This document shows positions 34,987 through 43,977 of a stretch of DNA of 64,000 nucleotides, one piece after another. The notes beneath the pieces are model-generated. The model was not told the origin of the DNA and did not search any database. It was given only the letters and a program-made list of their open reading frames with translations. How positions within the stretch are numbered: the first letter of the stretch is position 1; every line of letters starts with the position of its first letter. Made by a program: the position numbers and the translations under genes. Source of the DNA: a virus; the IMG/VR virus record IMGVR_UViG_3300045044_000110. One strand, 5' to 3'.

Positions 34987-35349
34987 CTAAGGTTCTTCGA
35001 TGACCTTGCGGGCGGCGGCAATGGCGGCATCGGTGAGATGTCCCTCGCTGGTGATTCGGCCCAGGGTCAGCCCGGCATGAAAGGCTTTCTCTGGGGTGAT
35101 CTCCTGGTCGTACTTGCCGAAGATCGGGTGCTCGGTCCCAAACAGGGCCAGGATGCGTCGGGCTTGGTCACGGGAGGCGAGATAGCCGGTGTGATAGCCG
35201 ATATTGCAGAGCTGGATGGCTTTAGCCTCGCCGTAGTTGAGGGTCGGCTCTTCCCTCAGGGCCCGTTGGGTTAAGGATTCGAGGACGCTAGCTGCTTCCT
35301 CGGCGCTCTGGACGTTCATGGCGTCCCGATAGTTTTGGATTTGCTCCAT
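34987..35349 (-). CDS. Hypothetical protein
   Basis: NIGYHTGY...HPIFG motif; ATG 35349. Confidence 0.65.
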   Translation of the reverse strand: MEQIQNYRDAMNVQSAEEAASVLESLTQRALREEPTLNYGEAKAIQLCNIGYHTGYLASRDQARRILALFGTEHPIFGKYDQEITPEKAFHAGLTLGRITSEGHLTDAAIAAARKVIEEP

Positions 35350-35432
35350 CCGGTACAGTGTAATAGGATAGAAACTGGATAGCAACTCCCAGATGATTGA
35401 ATTGATGACGATAAAGCATTATCCTAGTCTCT

Positions 35433-35615
35433 GTGGAAAAGCGAGGCCGAGGTCGTCCTCGGAAATACCGGACCAGAGAGGCATTGCTCAAGGCCAGACG
35501 GCGTTGGGCCAAGGCCTGGCGGGACCAGAACCCCGAGCGCTGGAGAGAGATTCAGCGCCGTTCGGACGCCAAACGGCGGCGGCGCAGACCCCGGCTGGAA
35601 TTGGTAATCGTTTAA
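35433..35615 (+). CDS. Small highly basic protein, GRP...WRxxNPxxW family, paralog 2
   Basis: RGRPRKYRTREAL...WAKAWRDQNPERWREI...LELVIV. Confidence 0.6.
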   Translation: MEKRGRGRPRKYRTREALLKARRRWAKAWRDQNPERWREIQRRSDAKRRRRRPRLELVIV

Positions 35616-35618
35616 GCT

Positions 35619-35828
35619 ATGGCCAGGCCCCTGAAATACCACAGCCAAGAGGAGCGGGAGGCAGCCCGCAGAGAGAGCCGCCGCAGGTGGCGGGAAGCGA
35701 ACCCGGAGAAATGGCAGGCGATCCTGGCCCGGAGCTATCTGCGGCGCAAACGGAGGAAGAACCGTGAGCTTCTGCCAGATCTGTCACGGCCCGTGGCCGG
35801 ACGGGCACGAGGCCTGGTGCCCGATTAA
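35619..35828 (+). CDS. Small highly basic protein, GRP...WRxxNPxxW family, paralog 3
   Basis: MARPLKYHSQEEREAARRESRRRWREANPEKWQAI. Confidence 0.6.
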   Translation: MARPLKYHSQEEREAARRESRRRWREANPEKWQAILARSYLRRKRRKNRELLPDLSRPVAGRARGLVPD

Positions 35829-36039
35829 GACCGGTGAGCCGATTGCAGGGAGCATCTCGCCCCAGAGCTTGCATTCACGCTCAAGGCCCCAGGACCTTGT
35901 TGCCGCCACCGAAGAACTCTGCCAGGCCTTACGCGACCTGCGCCGGGATAACCCAGAGCTTTTCTTTGGTCAGCCCCTGGAGAGGCTCTACGACAGGCTG
36001 GAATCGGCGCTGGCGTCTTACTACCGGGAGAAACGATGA
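35764..36039 (+). CDS. Hypothetical protein with N-terminal Cys/His cluster
   Basis: FCQICHG...HEAWCP; GTG start. Confidence 0.5.
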   Translation: MSFCQICHGPWPDGHEAWCPIKTGEPIAGSISPQSLHSRSRPQDLVAATEELCQALRDLRRDNPELFFGQPLERLYDRLESALASYYREKR

Positions 36040-36266
36040 GAGAGAAATACAGTGACAATTGCCCTGGGTGTAAACCGGCCTTCCTGGATTTAGAGACTGG
36101 CCGTCCACTGCCTGATGATCATCCGACCATGCTGAAGATCATGGCGATCTGGGAGACAACTTCCAGAGCCCAGCGCGAAGCCTTTCACCGGGTAATGTGC
36201 TTGAACTCGCGAGACCCGGTTGACCTGGTTGTCGTCAAGGGCCTGGTCGACCGATTTACGGCTTGA
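36036..36266 (+). CDS. Hypothetical protein (76 aa)
   Basis: CPGC; AFHRVMCLNSRDP; ATGA-coupled. Confidence 0.65.
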   Translation: MREKYSDNCPGCKPAFLDLETGRPLPDDHPTMLKIMAIWETTSRAQREAFHRVMCLNSRDPVDLVVVKGLVDRFTA

Positions 36267-36299
36267 AGCATCTCTGCCGATATACTAAAATAAGGGCTG

Positions 36300-37424
36300 A
36301 TGAATGAGAAGTCTTTGGGCCCCGGCCACGGAAGGAGCGTCGACGAGACCCGTCAACGCGTAAGCGCGTTTGATTTTAAGAAGCTGGGCCTGCGGATCGC
36401 CCAGGCTTGTCCTCTAATCTGGACGGCGATCAGCGGTAAACGCTACATCGTTCCGAATCACCGGCAGGGCGATTACTACAACCAGGAGGCGCTGGATCAC
36501 CTGATGGCGTTCTTCCTAGCCACCTATTGCGCGGGCGATTACGGCCCGAAGCCGGACCATGTCATGCGGCTGATGTATCTCTCGAGTATCCTGGCCTTGA
36601 AGGAGCAGCGCCCGATCTATTACCTGGAGCGAGAGCTGGGAGAGGCCCTGATGCGGACCCAGCTGCCTGGCGACTTGGTGACAGACGACATCCATTGGCG
36701 GCGGGGCCATATGCGGATCATGATGCCCAGGGGCCTGATCTCAGTTGAGCGCGAGGGCCACCCTCGCCGGGATGTCATGTACTTGGACATCGGCAAGGCC
36801 AAGGCTCAGGAAGTGCAGCGTTTGCAGGAGCCCTATTTCCAGGAGCTAAGGTTTTTTGCGTTGATGCACGGCAGGCTGCGCAGCCAGGACATCCCCACTA
36901 CCGTCTTTGACAAGGACGGGCTCATGGTCTGCACCCAGCTCTCCGGGGCTGGTGAGGATCAGGACCTGGGCCTCAACTACGGGGTGGTGCGCCCGTTCGA
37001 GGGCAGAAAGATCAAGGACATCAAGGTCGGCGAGCACTTCGACACATGCAGTGTGTGCGATGAGACCGATGACGCGCTCATGGACCGCATGGAACATCTG
37101 GCGGTCAACATCCTCCTTTTCATGGGATCGGTGCCTCTGGAATACGAACCGACCGAGGCACCGATCCGCAAGATCCGGCAGGTCAACGACCGGATCATCC
37201 CGGCTCTGTGGAGCGCGAAGTTCGTAGGCCGCTCCCAGTACCGGCCCAGCCAGAAACCCCATTACCACCAGGCCCAGTTCACAGGCCGGAAGATGCCCAA
37301 ACATTGGCGGGCTGGTCATTGGAAGCGCCAGCACTTTGGCCCCAAATGGGGCGAATCGAAGCTGATCTGGATCGAGCCGTACGAGACGTACGGCCCGGAA
37401 GAATTAGCCGAGGCTAAGGCTTAA
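36300..37424 (+). CDS. Conserved phage protein with C-terminal H-W-R-x-G-H-W motif
   Basis: 374 aa; PKHWRAGHWKRQHFGPKWGESKLIWIEPY. Confidence 0.75.
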   Translation: MNEKSLGPGHGRSVDETRQRVSAFDFKKLGLRIAQACPLIWTAISGKRYIVPNHRQGDYYNQEALDHLMAFFLATYCAGDYGPKPDHVMRLMYLSSILALKEQRPIYYLERELGEALMRTQLPGDLVTDDIHWRRGHMRIMMPRGLISVEREGHPRRDVMYLDIGKAKAQEVQRLQEPYFQELRFFALMHGRLRSQDIPTTVFDKDGLMVCTQLSGAGEDQDLGLNYGVVRPFEGRKIKDIKVGEHFDTCSVCDETDDALMDRMEHLAVNILLFMGSVPLEYEPTEAPIRKIRQVNDRIIPALWSAKFVGRSQYRPSQKPHYHQAQFTGRKMPKHWRAGHWKRQHFGPKWGESKLIWIEPYETYGPEELAEAKA

Positions 37425-37438
37425 GACGGGGTGCTGTC

Positions 37439-38746
37439 TCATTGCCGAGGCTGGATGGTAATCGTTGTGGGCCCCTCGGTATTGATAATTATCGGGGTGG
37501 GTGTCGGTTGCGGCGGTGGAGTTGGTGTCGGGGTGGGAGCGGGAGTCGGAGTCGGGGTCGGTTTGGGTTTGGTTGGCCCTGGCTCGTAGGCATTGGGGTC
37601 GCCATCATTTAGCGGATGTGGGTAGACGTAGGGCACATAGCTGTACGTTGTATTGCTATTATCGCTCGTCTTCTGCCAGCGCTTCATCGATGAAGGCTGA
37701 GTGGCCGACACGAAAAAGTCTCTCCCAGAAACCAGATTAGCGCTGGCGCTCTGAACCGGTAAAAGGGAATCGTTGCCCCACAAATAGATCGGGCTGGGAT
37801 TCTGGTCGATCCCGCGTGCAGTCCAGACGCTGACCGGGCCACCGGCTTCGTCGATTATCTCGATCTTGCCGCGATTGGCGGTTTGGGGAGTGCCAACGTG
37901 ATTGTTAAACACGACTCCGCTTCCACCGCGCAGATGCATGTAATGGGACTGGCTGCCGACCGTAGCCGAATCGGGGAGATAATAAGTATTTTCGTAGAAC
38001 TCATACCAGCGGGCACCGATTTGAGGGGGCCCATGGCAGTCCAGCTGGCAATAGTTGAGCTTACAATGCCGCACGACCGTGCGGGCGCCGTAGTAGCATT
38101 GGATGGCGGAGGTACCCCAGAAATAAGGGTCTACGAATGGGTTCTTGGAAAAGGTACAGTTCTCGATGTAGACCGCATTGGCGCTGCCGGGGTTTACATC
38201 ATCGAGCCAGCCTGCGTTGTTCCCAGCCCCATTACCCATCTGATGAATCATTTCGCTGGCTCCGCCACCCGAGAAAGTGCAGTGGTCGATCAGGCCGGGT
38301 CCGTTCCCGTTGGTCTCCACCATGATCCCTTGAGCGGTACCAACGTCGAAGGCACAGTCATCGATTCTGAATGGAGCGCTATTGTTATCGCCGCTAGTGG
38401 CCAGGCCCCATTGGCCTGAGAAGGTGATTCCCTGCACTCTGCTTTGAGCCCCATCGCAAGCGATTGTGAGTGATACTCGGCGCGCATTTAGACCCGTCGT
38501 ATTAACGATGACCGTTGAGCCAACGCCTGCTCCTGAAATGGTGACTCCGGTTTTAGCTGTAACCGTGGTGGTCCAGGTAAAGGTGCCGGGTGGTATCACA
38601 ATGATGTCACCATCCTTGGCCTGGTTTAGTGCGTTCTGGACATCAGCTTGGGTGCCGTCGGTCTGGTAGGTATTGCTGGCCCTGCCGGTGAAGGCATGGG
38701 CCGTACTAGCGAGTGCTAGAAGGGTGATCAGTAAGATGGGCTTCAT
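37439..38746 (-). CDS. Secreted right-handed beta-helix (pectate-lyase-like fold) protein with signal peptide and PT-rich tail
   Basis: MKPILLITLLALASTAHA signal; DVQNALNQAKDGDIIVIPPG; repeated IDDCAF/IDHCTF/IENCTF/VRHC/FYEN turns; YVPYVYPHPL; PTPTPTP. Confidence 0.8.
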   Translation of the reverse strand: MKPILLITLLALASTAHAFTGRASNTYQTDGTQADVQNALNQAKDGDIIVIPPGTFTWTTTVTAKTGVTISGAGVGSTVIVNTTGLNARRVSLTIACDGAQSRVQGITFSGQWGLATSGDNNSAPFRIDDCAFDVGTAQGIMVETNGNGPGLIDHCTFSGGGASEMIHQMGNGAGNNAGWLDDVNPGSANAVYIENCTFSKNPFVDPYFWGTSAIQCYYGARTVVRHCKLNYCQLDCHGPPQIGARWYEFYENTYYLPDSATVGSQSHYMHLRGGSGVVFNNHVGTPQTANRGKIEIIDEAGGPVSVWTARGIDQNPSPIYLWGNDSLLPVQSASANLVSGRDFFVSATQPSSMKRWQKTSDNSNTTYSYVPYVYPHPLNDGDPNAYEPGPTKPKPTPTPTPAPTPTPTPPPQPTPTPIIINTEGPTTITIQPRQ

Positions 38747-38790
38747 ATCTTTCGCTCTCGACCCGGCCCCCGAATATTGCAATATCGGAT

Positions 38791-38973
38791 TTATTCAAAC
38801 TTTTCTCTCAGCTCCCGCATACTCTCGCTAAGTAAGAGCGCGACAAACTTGTCAGCTTCCTCCAGAGCCTGGCGGTGTGTCAGGCCTGAAATCGGCAACA
38901 GGGTGATAGCCACCCGCAGCCTGACCTTGTAAACGCTTTCGCCGTAAGCTTCGTGGAAGTCTTTGTTGGTCAT
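38791..38973 (-). CDS. Hypothetical protein (60 aa)
   Basis: ATGA-coupled at 38973. Confidence 0.5.
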   Translation of the reverse strand: MTNKDFHEAYGESVYKVRLRVAITLLPISGLTHRQALEEADKFVALLLSESMRELREKFE

Positions 38974-39362
38974 GTCGGGCCCAGATTCTGGCCGCCAGCG
39001 CCGCCGCTTGAGATGGTGCCATAGACCTGGGCGGCCCAGGCGATGCCGAACATATGGCCGTAGAGGAACGGACCCTTGGAGCTGGGGCCGGAGACCAGGA
39101 CCCGGCCAGCTTGGGTCGGAGTCGGGCTCGTGAAATTGGGCCGAGGCGGCAACGGAGGGGGCATAGCAGGCCTGCCAAGGGGCTGATAGGTCTTCTGATA
39201 CCGGTCGGCGCACAGGATCGCTCCTGGGGCTTTGTAGGGGTTCGGGATCGACCAGGGTTGCGGCGTCTGACAGGTTGCCCGTGGCCATCCGCTGAACCAG
39301 GAATCGCCGGAGTAAGGCGACTGGTAGAGTGTGGATTGAATGAAGGTGTCGTTATAAGGCAT
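38970..39362 (-). CDS. Pro-rich hypothetical protein (130 aa)
   Basis: Preceded by and overlapping two copies of the TTATAA..GC..ATTCA motif. Confidence 0.5.
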   Translation of the reverse strand: MPYNDTFIQSTLYQSPYSGDSWFSGWPRATCQTPQPWSIPNPYKAPGAILCADRYQKTYQPLGRPAMPPPLPPRPNFTSPTPTQAGRVLVSGPSSKGPFLYGHMFGIAWAAQVYGTISSGGAGGQNLGPT

Positions 39363-39387
39363 AATTCAGATTCTTATAATGCGTTAT

Positions 39388-41232
39388 TCACAGGGGGAAG
39401 GTCTGGTTGGCTAAGAAAATATCGATCTGGCTGACCGGCGGCGGGACCCAAGCCCCTGGAGTGGGCGCAGGATAGACGCCGACAAGATTGGGTGGAATCG
39501 CTCCGGGTATCTGCCGCCACGCGGGAAGAATTGGGCTAACAGGAATAGGCGGCGTAATGGGATGGATGAGCGTCGGCAGCGCCCAGATTGACGCCTTGGC
39601 GGCCAGACTCGCGCTGGAGGAGGGCTGAAAGAGAGTCCCTGTGGCCGAGATGGAGATGCCAGCCGAGATCGTCACCACCGGGCCTGTCGGCAGACCTACC
39701 GTTGCGGAGGCTGAGACCGCAGCCTGAGAATGAATAGTGACTGTGCTTTTTCGGGCGACGCTGGGCTGGGCCGAGACTTGGGCCTGGGCGACGGTTGCAT
39801 TAATCGCCGTACATAAGGCTCTTGCTTGGGCCGAAAGAACAGTTTTGGCCGCAATAGAAAGAGCCGCCCCAGGCTGACCCTGGTTAACAGCGATGTCGGA
39901 TTCATTGACCGAGAAATGAGAGGTCCCGATTGCCGGGTAGTACAGGATGGCAAGAGTGCCGTTCGCGGAAAGACTGGCACTGGAGGCGATGGCAACGCTG
40001 GCATGGCGATTAACAGTCGCCGTAGCTGAGATTAACCCTTTCGCCGTGAGCGCATCGGTCGCGCTGTGTACGCTCTTTGCTATGGCCGTGAGCGCTGAAC
40101 CGGCAGCACTCGCACAGATAGCGTGGTGGATGATAACACTAGCTGCGCTGATGGCGGAGCTGGCGGTGATGATGACCTGGGGGGCTCCGACAATCTTTGC
40201 GGTGGGTGAGATAACGCTTCGAGGAGCAAGGGCAACGTTTCCCTGATGGGTAACCTTTGCCGTAAGAGAGAGGCTTGCCCCCGCTGTAAGAGCGTCGGTC
40301 GCCTTGGCTGTGTTGGTGGCATTTGCTGTAACCGCAGCGCTGGCAGTAATCGCATTGATTGCCTTCCAGATGGCTCTGGCAGTGGCTGAAAGAGCGACAC
40401 TAGCCGTGATCCGGTCGACTGAGCTAGTCGTACCCGAGACGTTGACTGCGATACTCGAGGCATTGACTGGGAAAAAAGCGGTGCCAACGCATGGGATAGC
40501 GGCAACGGCGTTAGCAGATAGCGCTGCGGCAGCGGTGATTCCAGCGTTGGCCTTGTGGGTGGCTTTTGCAGTATCCGAAAGCGCTGCCGCTGCTGTAATT
40601 GTGACAGTGGCGCTTTGCGCTGTCCCAGCCCCCGGAATAAACGCGATGATCGTGCTAACGCTAGTCGCGGCAGTGCAGGTGTAAGTAGCCGTGTAAGATC
40701 CAGCCGCCTGATTGGCGATGTATTCGTACCCGCGGTTGTTTGTCGAACCTGTCGCAAAGGTCCAGCCAGCTGTACCCGCCATCGAAGCTCCAGCGGCGTT
40801 ATAGGAAAAGAGGAAGTCCGCTGATCCGGTCGTAGTGATTGGGCCGCAGCTTTGTGAACCACTGGAGAGGGCATCAGATTGCAGGAATGCATCGATATTG
40901 CAATTACCGGTCAGCTCTATGATGAGGACCGCTAATTGGGTTTGCGATGCACTAACGGTCGCGGTTACGACCGGCGCTGCGCCGCCCAGGGTATTCTTGA
41001 GAAAGTAGACGCCCTGGGTCCTGCCCCTGGCTTGGTGGATCCCCTGCTGGGTCCAGTTCCCAGCCGCCGTGTTTAAGCTATCCGCTACAGTGACAGTGCC
41101 GGTGATGGCACTGTAATTGACTATCGCGACTAGGGTGTTACCGGCAGTAACGTTGCTGCCGTAAGTGGCAGTCTGGCTTGTCCCAGTGACAGCGGCACTT
41201 TCGACGATAGCCTGAGCAAGCGAGATAGCCAC
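39388..41232 (-). CDS. Putative tail/fibre protein with Ala/Thr/Ser-rich repeats
   Basis: N-terminal NVTAGNTLVAIV...DSLN...W domain typical of minor tail proteins; many A-x-A-x-I-x-A-x-A-x-L-S-A repeats; duplicated GTxxFxVNxSxIAVN. Confidence 0.7.
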   Translation of the reverse strand: MAISLAQAIVESAAVTGTSQTATYGSNVTAGNTLVAIVNYSAITGTVTVADSLNTAAGNWTQQGIHQARGRTQGVYFLKNTLGGAAPVVTATVSASQTQLAVLIIELTGNCNIDAFLQSDALSSGSQSCGPITTTGSADFLFSYNAAGASMAGTAGWTFATGSTNNRGYEYIANQAAGSYTATYTCTAATSVSTIIAFIPGAGTAQSATVTITAAAALSDTAKATHKANAGITAAAALSANAVAAIPCVGTAFFPVNASSIAVNVSGTTSSVDRITASVALSATARAIWKAINAITASAAVTANATNTAKATDALTAGASLSLTAKVTHQGNVALAPRSVISPTAKIVGAPQVIITASSAISAASVIIHHAICASAAGSALTAIAKSVHSATDALTAKGLISATATVNRHASVAIASSASLSANGTLAILYYPAIGTSHFSVNESDIAVNQGQPGAALSIAAKTVLSAQARALCTAINATVAQAQVSAQPSVARKSTVTIHSQAAVSASATVGLPTGPVVTISAGISISATGTLFQPSSSASLAAKASIWALPTLIHPITPPIPVSPILPAWRQIPGAIPPNLVGVYPAPTPGAWVPPPVSQIDIFLANQTFPL

Positions 41233-41244
41233 ATGACGGAGAGC

Positions 41245-42156
41245 TTATGCGATTTTTCTGACGTAATCCCAGCAGGCCATGCCGGAACTGTTGGCGTTAC
41301 CGGTGCCAGCATTGTCTAACTGCATCCGAAGCGAGGTAGGAAAGTTGTTGGTTAGCGATGGGCCACTGGCAAAAACCTCGCTGTAAACCGTGAGCCAGTT
41401 CCAACCATCGGGCGACAACTGAACCACGAGGTTCGCCCCGCTAAGCCCGATTCGAATGCGATAATCCAGTCCCGTCAATAAACCGCTCGCCAATGCTTTT
41501 ACCTGAGTGCCAAATGCATTCCCATTGTAGACAAGCGGCTGAGAGTATTGGAGCGGCGTAGTGCCTCCACTGGTCTGAGCGTAAAACTTAAGCCCGATTG
41601 AATTGGTGGTGCCGAAAAGCAAACCGCAGGTCGCCGCCATATAGGCGCTAGTCGCCGCAGTTGGAAAAAATGGTGTCAGCAGCAGCCGCACCTTCCACTG
41701 AAACATGAAACCTGCGGCGGTGACGATGGTCTCGGTACAGGTCAGCGTAAATGCGCCGCTCGTCCCATACTGTGACGCCATTTGCAGATAGCTCGGCGCT
41801 TGGTTTGCGCAGGTAACTTGGCCAGTTACGGTTCCCGCCACGGTCCACTTAGTGGTAGTGTTCAGTGTGCCGGTGAATTCGTCGTCATATGAAGTGGGTG
41901 AAGCGGGAACAATCAGATCCCCATAGTCGCCAGCGGATATGATGCACCCAGCTGGCGGACTAGTCGTTGGGCCAACAAGCGTCTCAATCTGAACGACCTC
42001 ATCCGAGATGTTTTTCATCCACGTGGGATGATCAGGATTAGCCGTACCCACAGGTGCGCCGGTGTAGGAACCAAAGGCTTGAGTCGCCTGGGGCGGATAG
42101 ATGCCAGACCCAGAGGTCGTATCACTAACTATTGCGCCAGGGTAAGCAGCGGCCAT
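41245..42156 (-). CDS. Putative tail/receptor-binding protein (ConA/LamG-like beta-sandwich C-terminus)
   Basis: DDEF...W..., LVVQLSPDGWNWLTVYSE, ends WDYVRKIA; paralogous to the C-terminus of 43978-45849. Confidence 0.7.
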   Translation of the reverse strand: MAAAYPGAIVSDTTSGSGIYPPQATQAFGSYTGAPVGTANPDHPTWMKNISDEVVQIETLVGPTTSPPAGCIISAGDYGDLIVPASPTSYDDEFTGTLNTTTKWTVAGTVTGQVTCANQAPSYLQMASQYGTSGAFTLTCTETIVTAAGFMFQWKVRLLLTPFFPTAATSAYMAATCGLLFGTTNSIGLKFYAQTSGGTTPLQYSQPLVYNGNAFGTQVKALASGLLTGLDYRIRIGLSGANLVVQLSPDGWNWLTVYSEVFASGPSLTNNFPTSLRMQLDNAGTGNANSSGMACWDYVRKIA

Positions 42157-42159
42157 AGC

Positions 42160-42408
42160 TTACAAGTGCAGCGAAGCTTCGGCGATAACGAACTTCATGC
42201 CGTAGCGGAAGTAGTCCAAGGCGGTTAGTTCTACGAGTTTCTTGCCTTCCTGTTCCACGCAACGCGCAGCAAAAGTCTGGCAGCGTAAGCGCCAGTCAGG
42301 GAACGCAGCTTCGATATCCTTATCGGGCGGGATCGGTGGCTCCCGGTGCATTAACTTCTGCCAATGCGCCGTGTCGACAACGATATGGCATTCAGCTTCG
42401 TGGTGCAT
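42160..42408 (-). CDS. Hypothetical protein
   Basis: ATG 42408 fits the gap between tail genes. Confidence 0.5.
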   Translation of the reverse strand: MHHEAECHIVVDTAHWQKLMHREPPIPPDKDIEAAFPDWRLRCQTFAARCVEQEGKKLVELTALDYFRYGMKFVIAEASLHL

Positions 42409-42415
42409 AAAGCGG

Positions 42416-42835
42416 TTAGTTAAGGGTGACACTGAAGTTCCCGATCCCGAATGAAAGGGTATCGCCGTTGGTGAGCGTCTTGGGCGCGGCGAGATCGCCC
42501 CAGAAGAGCATATTACCAGCAGTAACCGCATCGTGTAGAATGACTGAGATTGCCTGGGTCCACGTACCGCCCGCGCTAAAAGCGGTGAGCGGGATACTCA
42601 CGTTATTGGAGATCGTGCTGGTAGCGGTAGCCGGGAAAGTGGTGGTGCTCGCCGCCAGGGTCGCCCGCCCATAGCCAGTACCGGTTACCTCTGTTCCGCC
42701 GGTTCCGGCAGGATAGGCTGGGTCTACGTTCCACAGACCCATGTACATGGTTGCGGGAAACGTGTAGGCCGTGCCGCCAAACCAGAGGTTCAGCAGGCTT
42801 TTGGCCAAAAACGTCATGGTTCCAGTTGTTGCCAT
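42416..42835 (-). CDS. Phage tail-fibre-associated protein (139 aa family)
   Basis: LLNLWFGGTAYT..., YMGLW..DP...GTEVTGTGYGR..., GTW...DA.TAGNMLFWGDL..PKT...GD...F..G signature. Confidence 0.8.
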   Translation of the reverse strand: MATTGTMTFLAKSLLNLWFGGTAYTFPATMYMGLWNVDPAYPAGTGGTEVTGTGYGRATLAASTTTFPATATSTISNNVSIPLTAFSAGGTWTQAISVILHDAVTAGNMLFWGDLAAPKTLTNGDTLSFGIGNFSVTLN

Positions 42836-42845
42836 AGGATTGAAG

Positions 42846-43382
42846 TTATCTGCTCGGGGCGTAGACCGGCGGCACTGGTTTCAGTGTGCCTCCGGCAGCG
42901 ACCATGTAGGTATTGTTATCGTTATCCAGGATGTAAAGGTTCCCATCGGAGCCCTTGAAAAGGCGGACCTGCACAGTGCTGCCTGGCTGGGTGACTGTAA
43001 CCGGGGTTCCGGCATTGATGGTGCCGACCAGACCGGTGGGCATTGTGCCACGGCCAGAGCCCATGTACGAGCCGAAGGAGGCGCTGAGCGCCGGATCGGC
43101 TGCAAGTGGCCCTGTTTCCCACGGCGGCCCAGGATTAACGGTCCAGTGGAGTCCCGGCAGGTCGACAACCATGATCACGGGCTTAGGGAACTTGGTATTG
43201 ATCTGACCGGTCTGGTTCTGTCCGGCGTAGGAGTACGGGTAGAGCTTGGCGTAAAGACCTTCCATGGATGAATAGGTCTTGGGCGGCAATGGCGCTATGG
43301 CGGTCTTGAACGTGACCGGCACAAAGGGCGGATTCTTACCCAGATTAACTGGGTCCATCGGGGGCAATGGTTTGGTAGCCAT
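42846..43382 (-). CDS. Pro-rich putative virion protein (178 aa)
   Basis: In the tail operon; PPWETGPLAADP motif. Confidence 0.6.
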   Translation of the reverse strand: MATKPLPPMDPVNLGKNPPFVPVTFKTAIAPLPPKTYSSMEGLYAKLYPYSYAGQNQTGQINTKFPKPVIMVVDLPGLHWTVNPGPPWETGPLAADPALSASFGSYMGSGRGTMPTGLVGTINAGTPVTVTQPGSTVQVRLFKGSDGNLYILDNDNNTYMVAAGGTLKPVPPVYAPSR

Positions 43383-43579
43383 TAGTTTCCTAAGCCTCCG
43401 ATTGCCCTGGTGACCGTTGGTGTGACTACGCTGCCCATTCCATCGATATAAGAACCGGCTGGGAAGTAGGCAGTGGGGAACGGACTACCGGCGATGGGGC
43501 CGACTTCCCAAGGTTTGGTGCTAGCTGGTAGCTGCTGGTAGGCCGGAGGCACGTAATTCTGAGCGACGGGAGTGTTCAT
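43382..43579 (-). CDS. Small Pro-rich protein (65 aa)
   Basis: LPASTKPWEVGPIAGSP; coupled. Confidence 0.6.
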   Translation of the reverse strand: MNTPVAQNYVPPAYQQLPASTKPWEVGPIAGSPFPTAYFPAGSYIDGMGSVVTPTVTRAIGGLGN

Positions 43580-43582
43580 AGC

Positions 43583-43972
43583 TTAGTAAGGTGGAGTGCC
43601 TTGCGGTCCAGGGCCCATGATCGGCGTGGGTTTAATCGCCGAGGTGGCTGGATCAGCTTTGATCGGGCCGACTTCCCAAGGTTTAGTCAGTGCCGGGAGC
43701 CCAAAGCCAGGCCCCTGGTTCTGACCGTTAGCGCCAGTCGGCATTTTCTGGGGGTATCGGATCCCCGTGGTGTGGTAGGGCGGCGGCGGGGGGGTCGCGT
43801 TGATGGTGCCGGTCTGAGTTGAGCCATACGGAATTGGATTACTGATCGGCCCTAGTTCCGGAGTCGTTACCGGAGCACCGCCGGAAGGCGGCGGCCAGGT
43901 TGGGAAAGGCGCGGGAACGAAAGTCTGAGCCTCGATTTGCGCGTCTTGTTGAGTTGGATCGATGCCGTTCAT
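43583..43972 (-). CDS. Pro-rich protein (129 aa)
   Basis: LPALTKPWEVGPIKADP. Confidence 0.6.
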   Translation of the reverse strand: MNGIDPTQQDAQIEAQTFVPAPFPTWPPPSGGAPVTTPELGPISNPIPYGSTQTGTINATPPPPPYHTTGIRYPQKMPTGANGQNQGPGFGLPALTKPWEVGPIKADPATSAIKPTPIMGPGPQGTPPY

Positions 43973-43977
43973 ATGAG

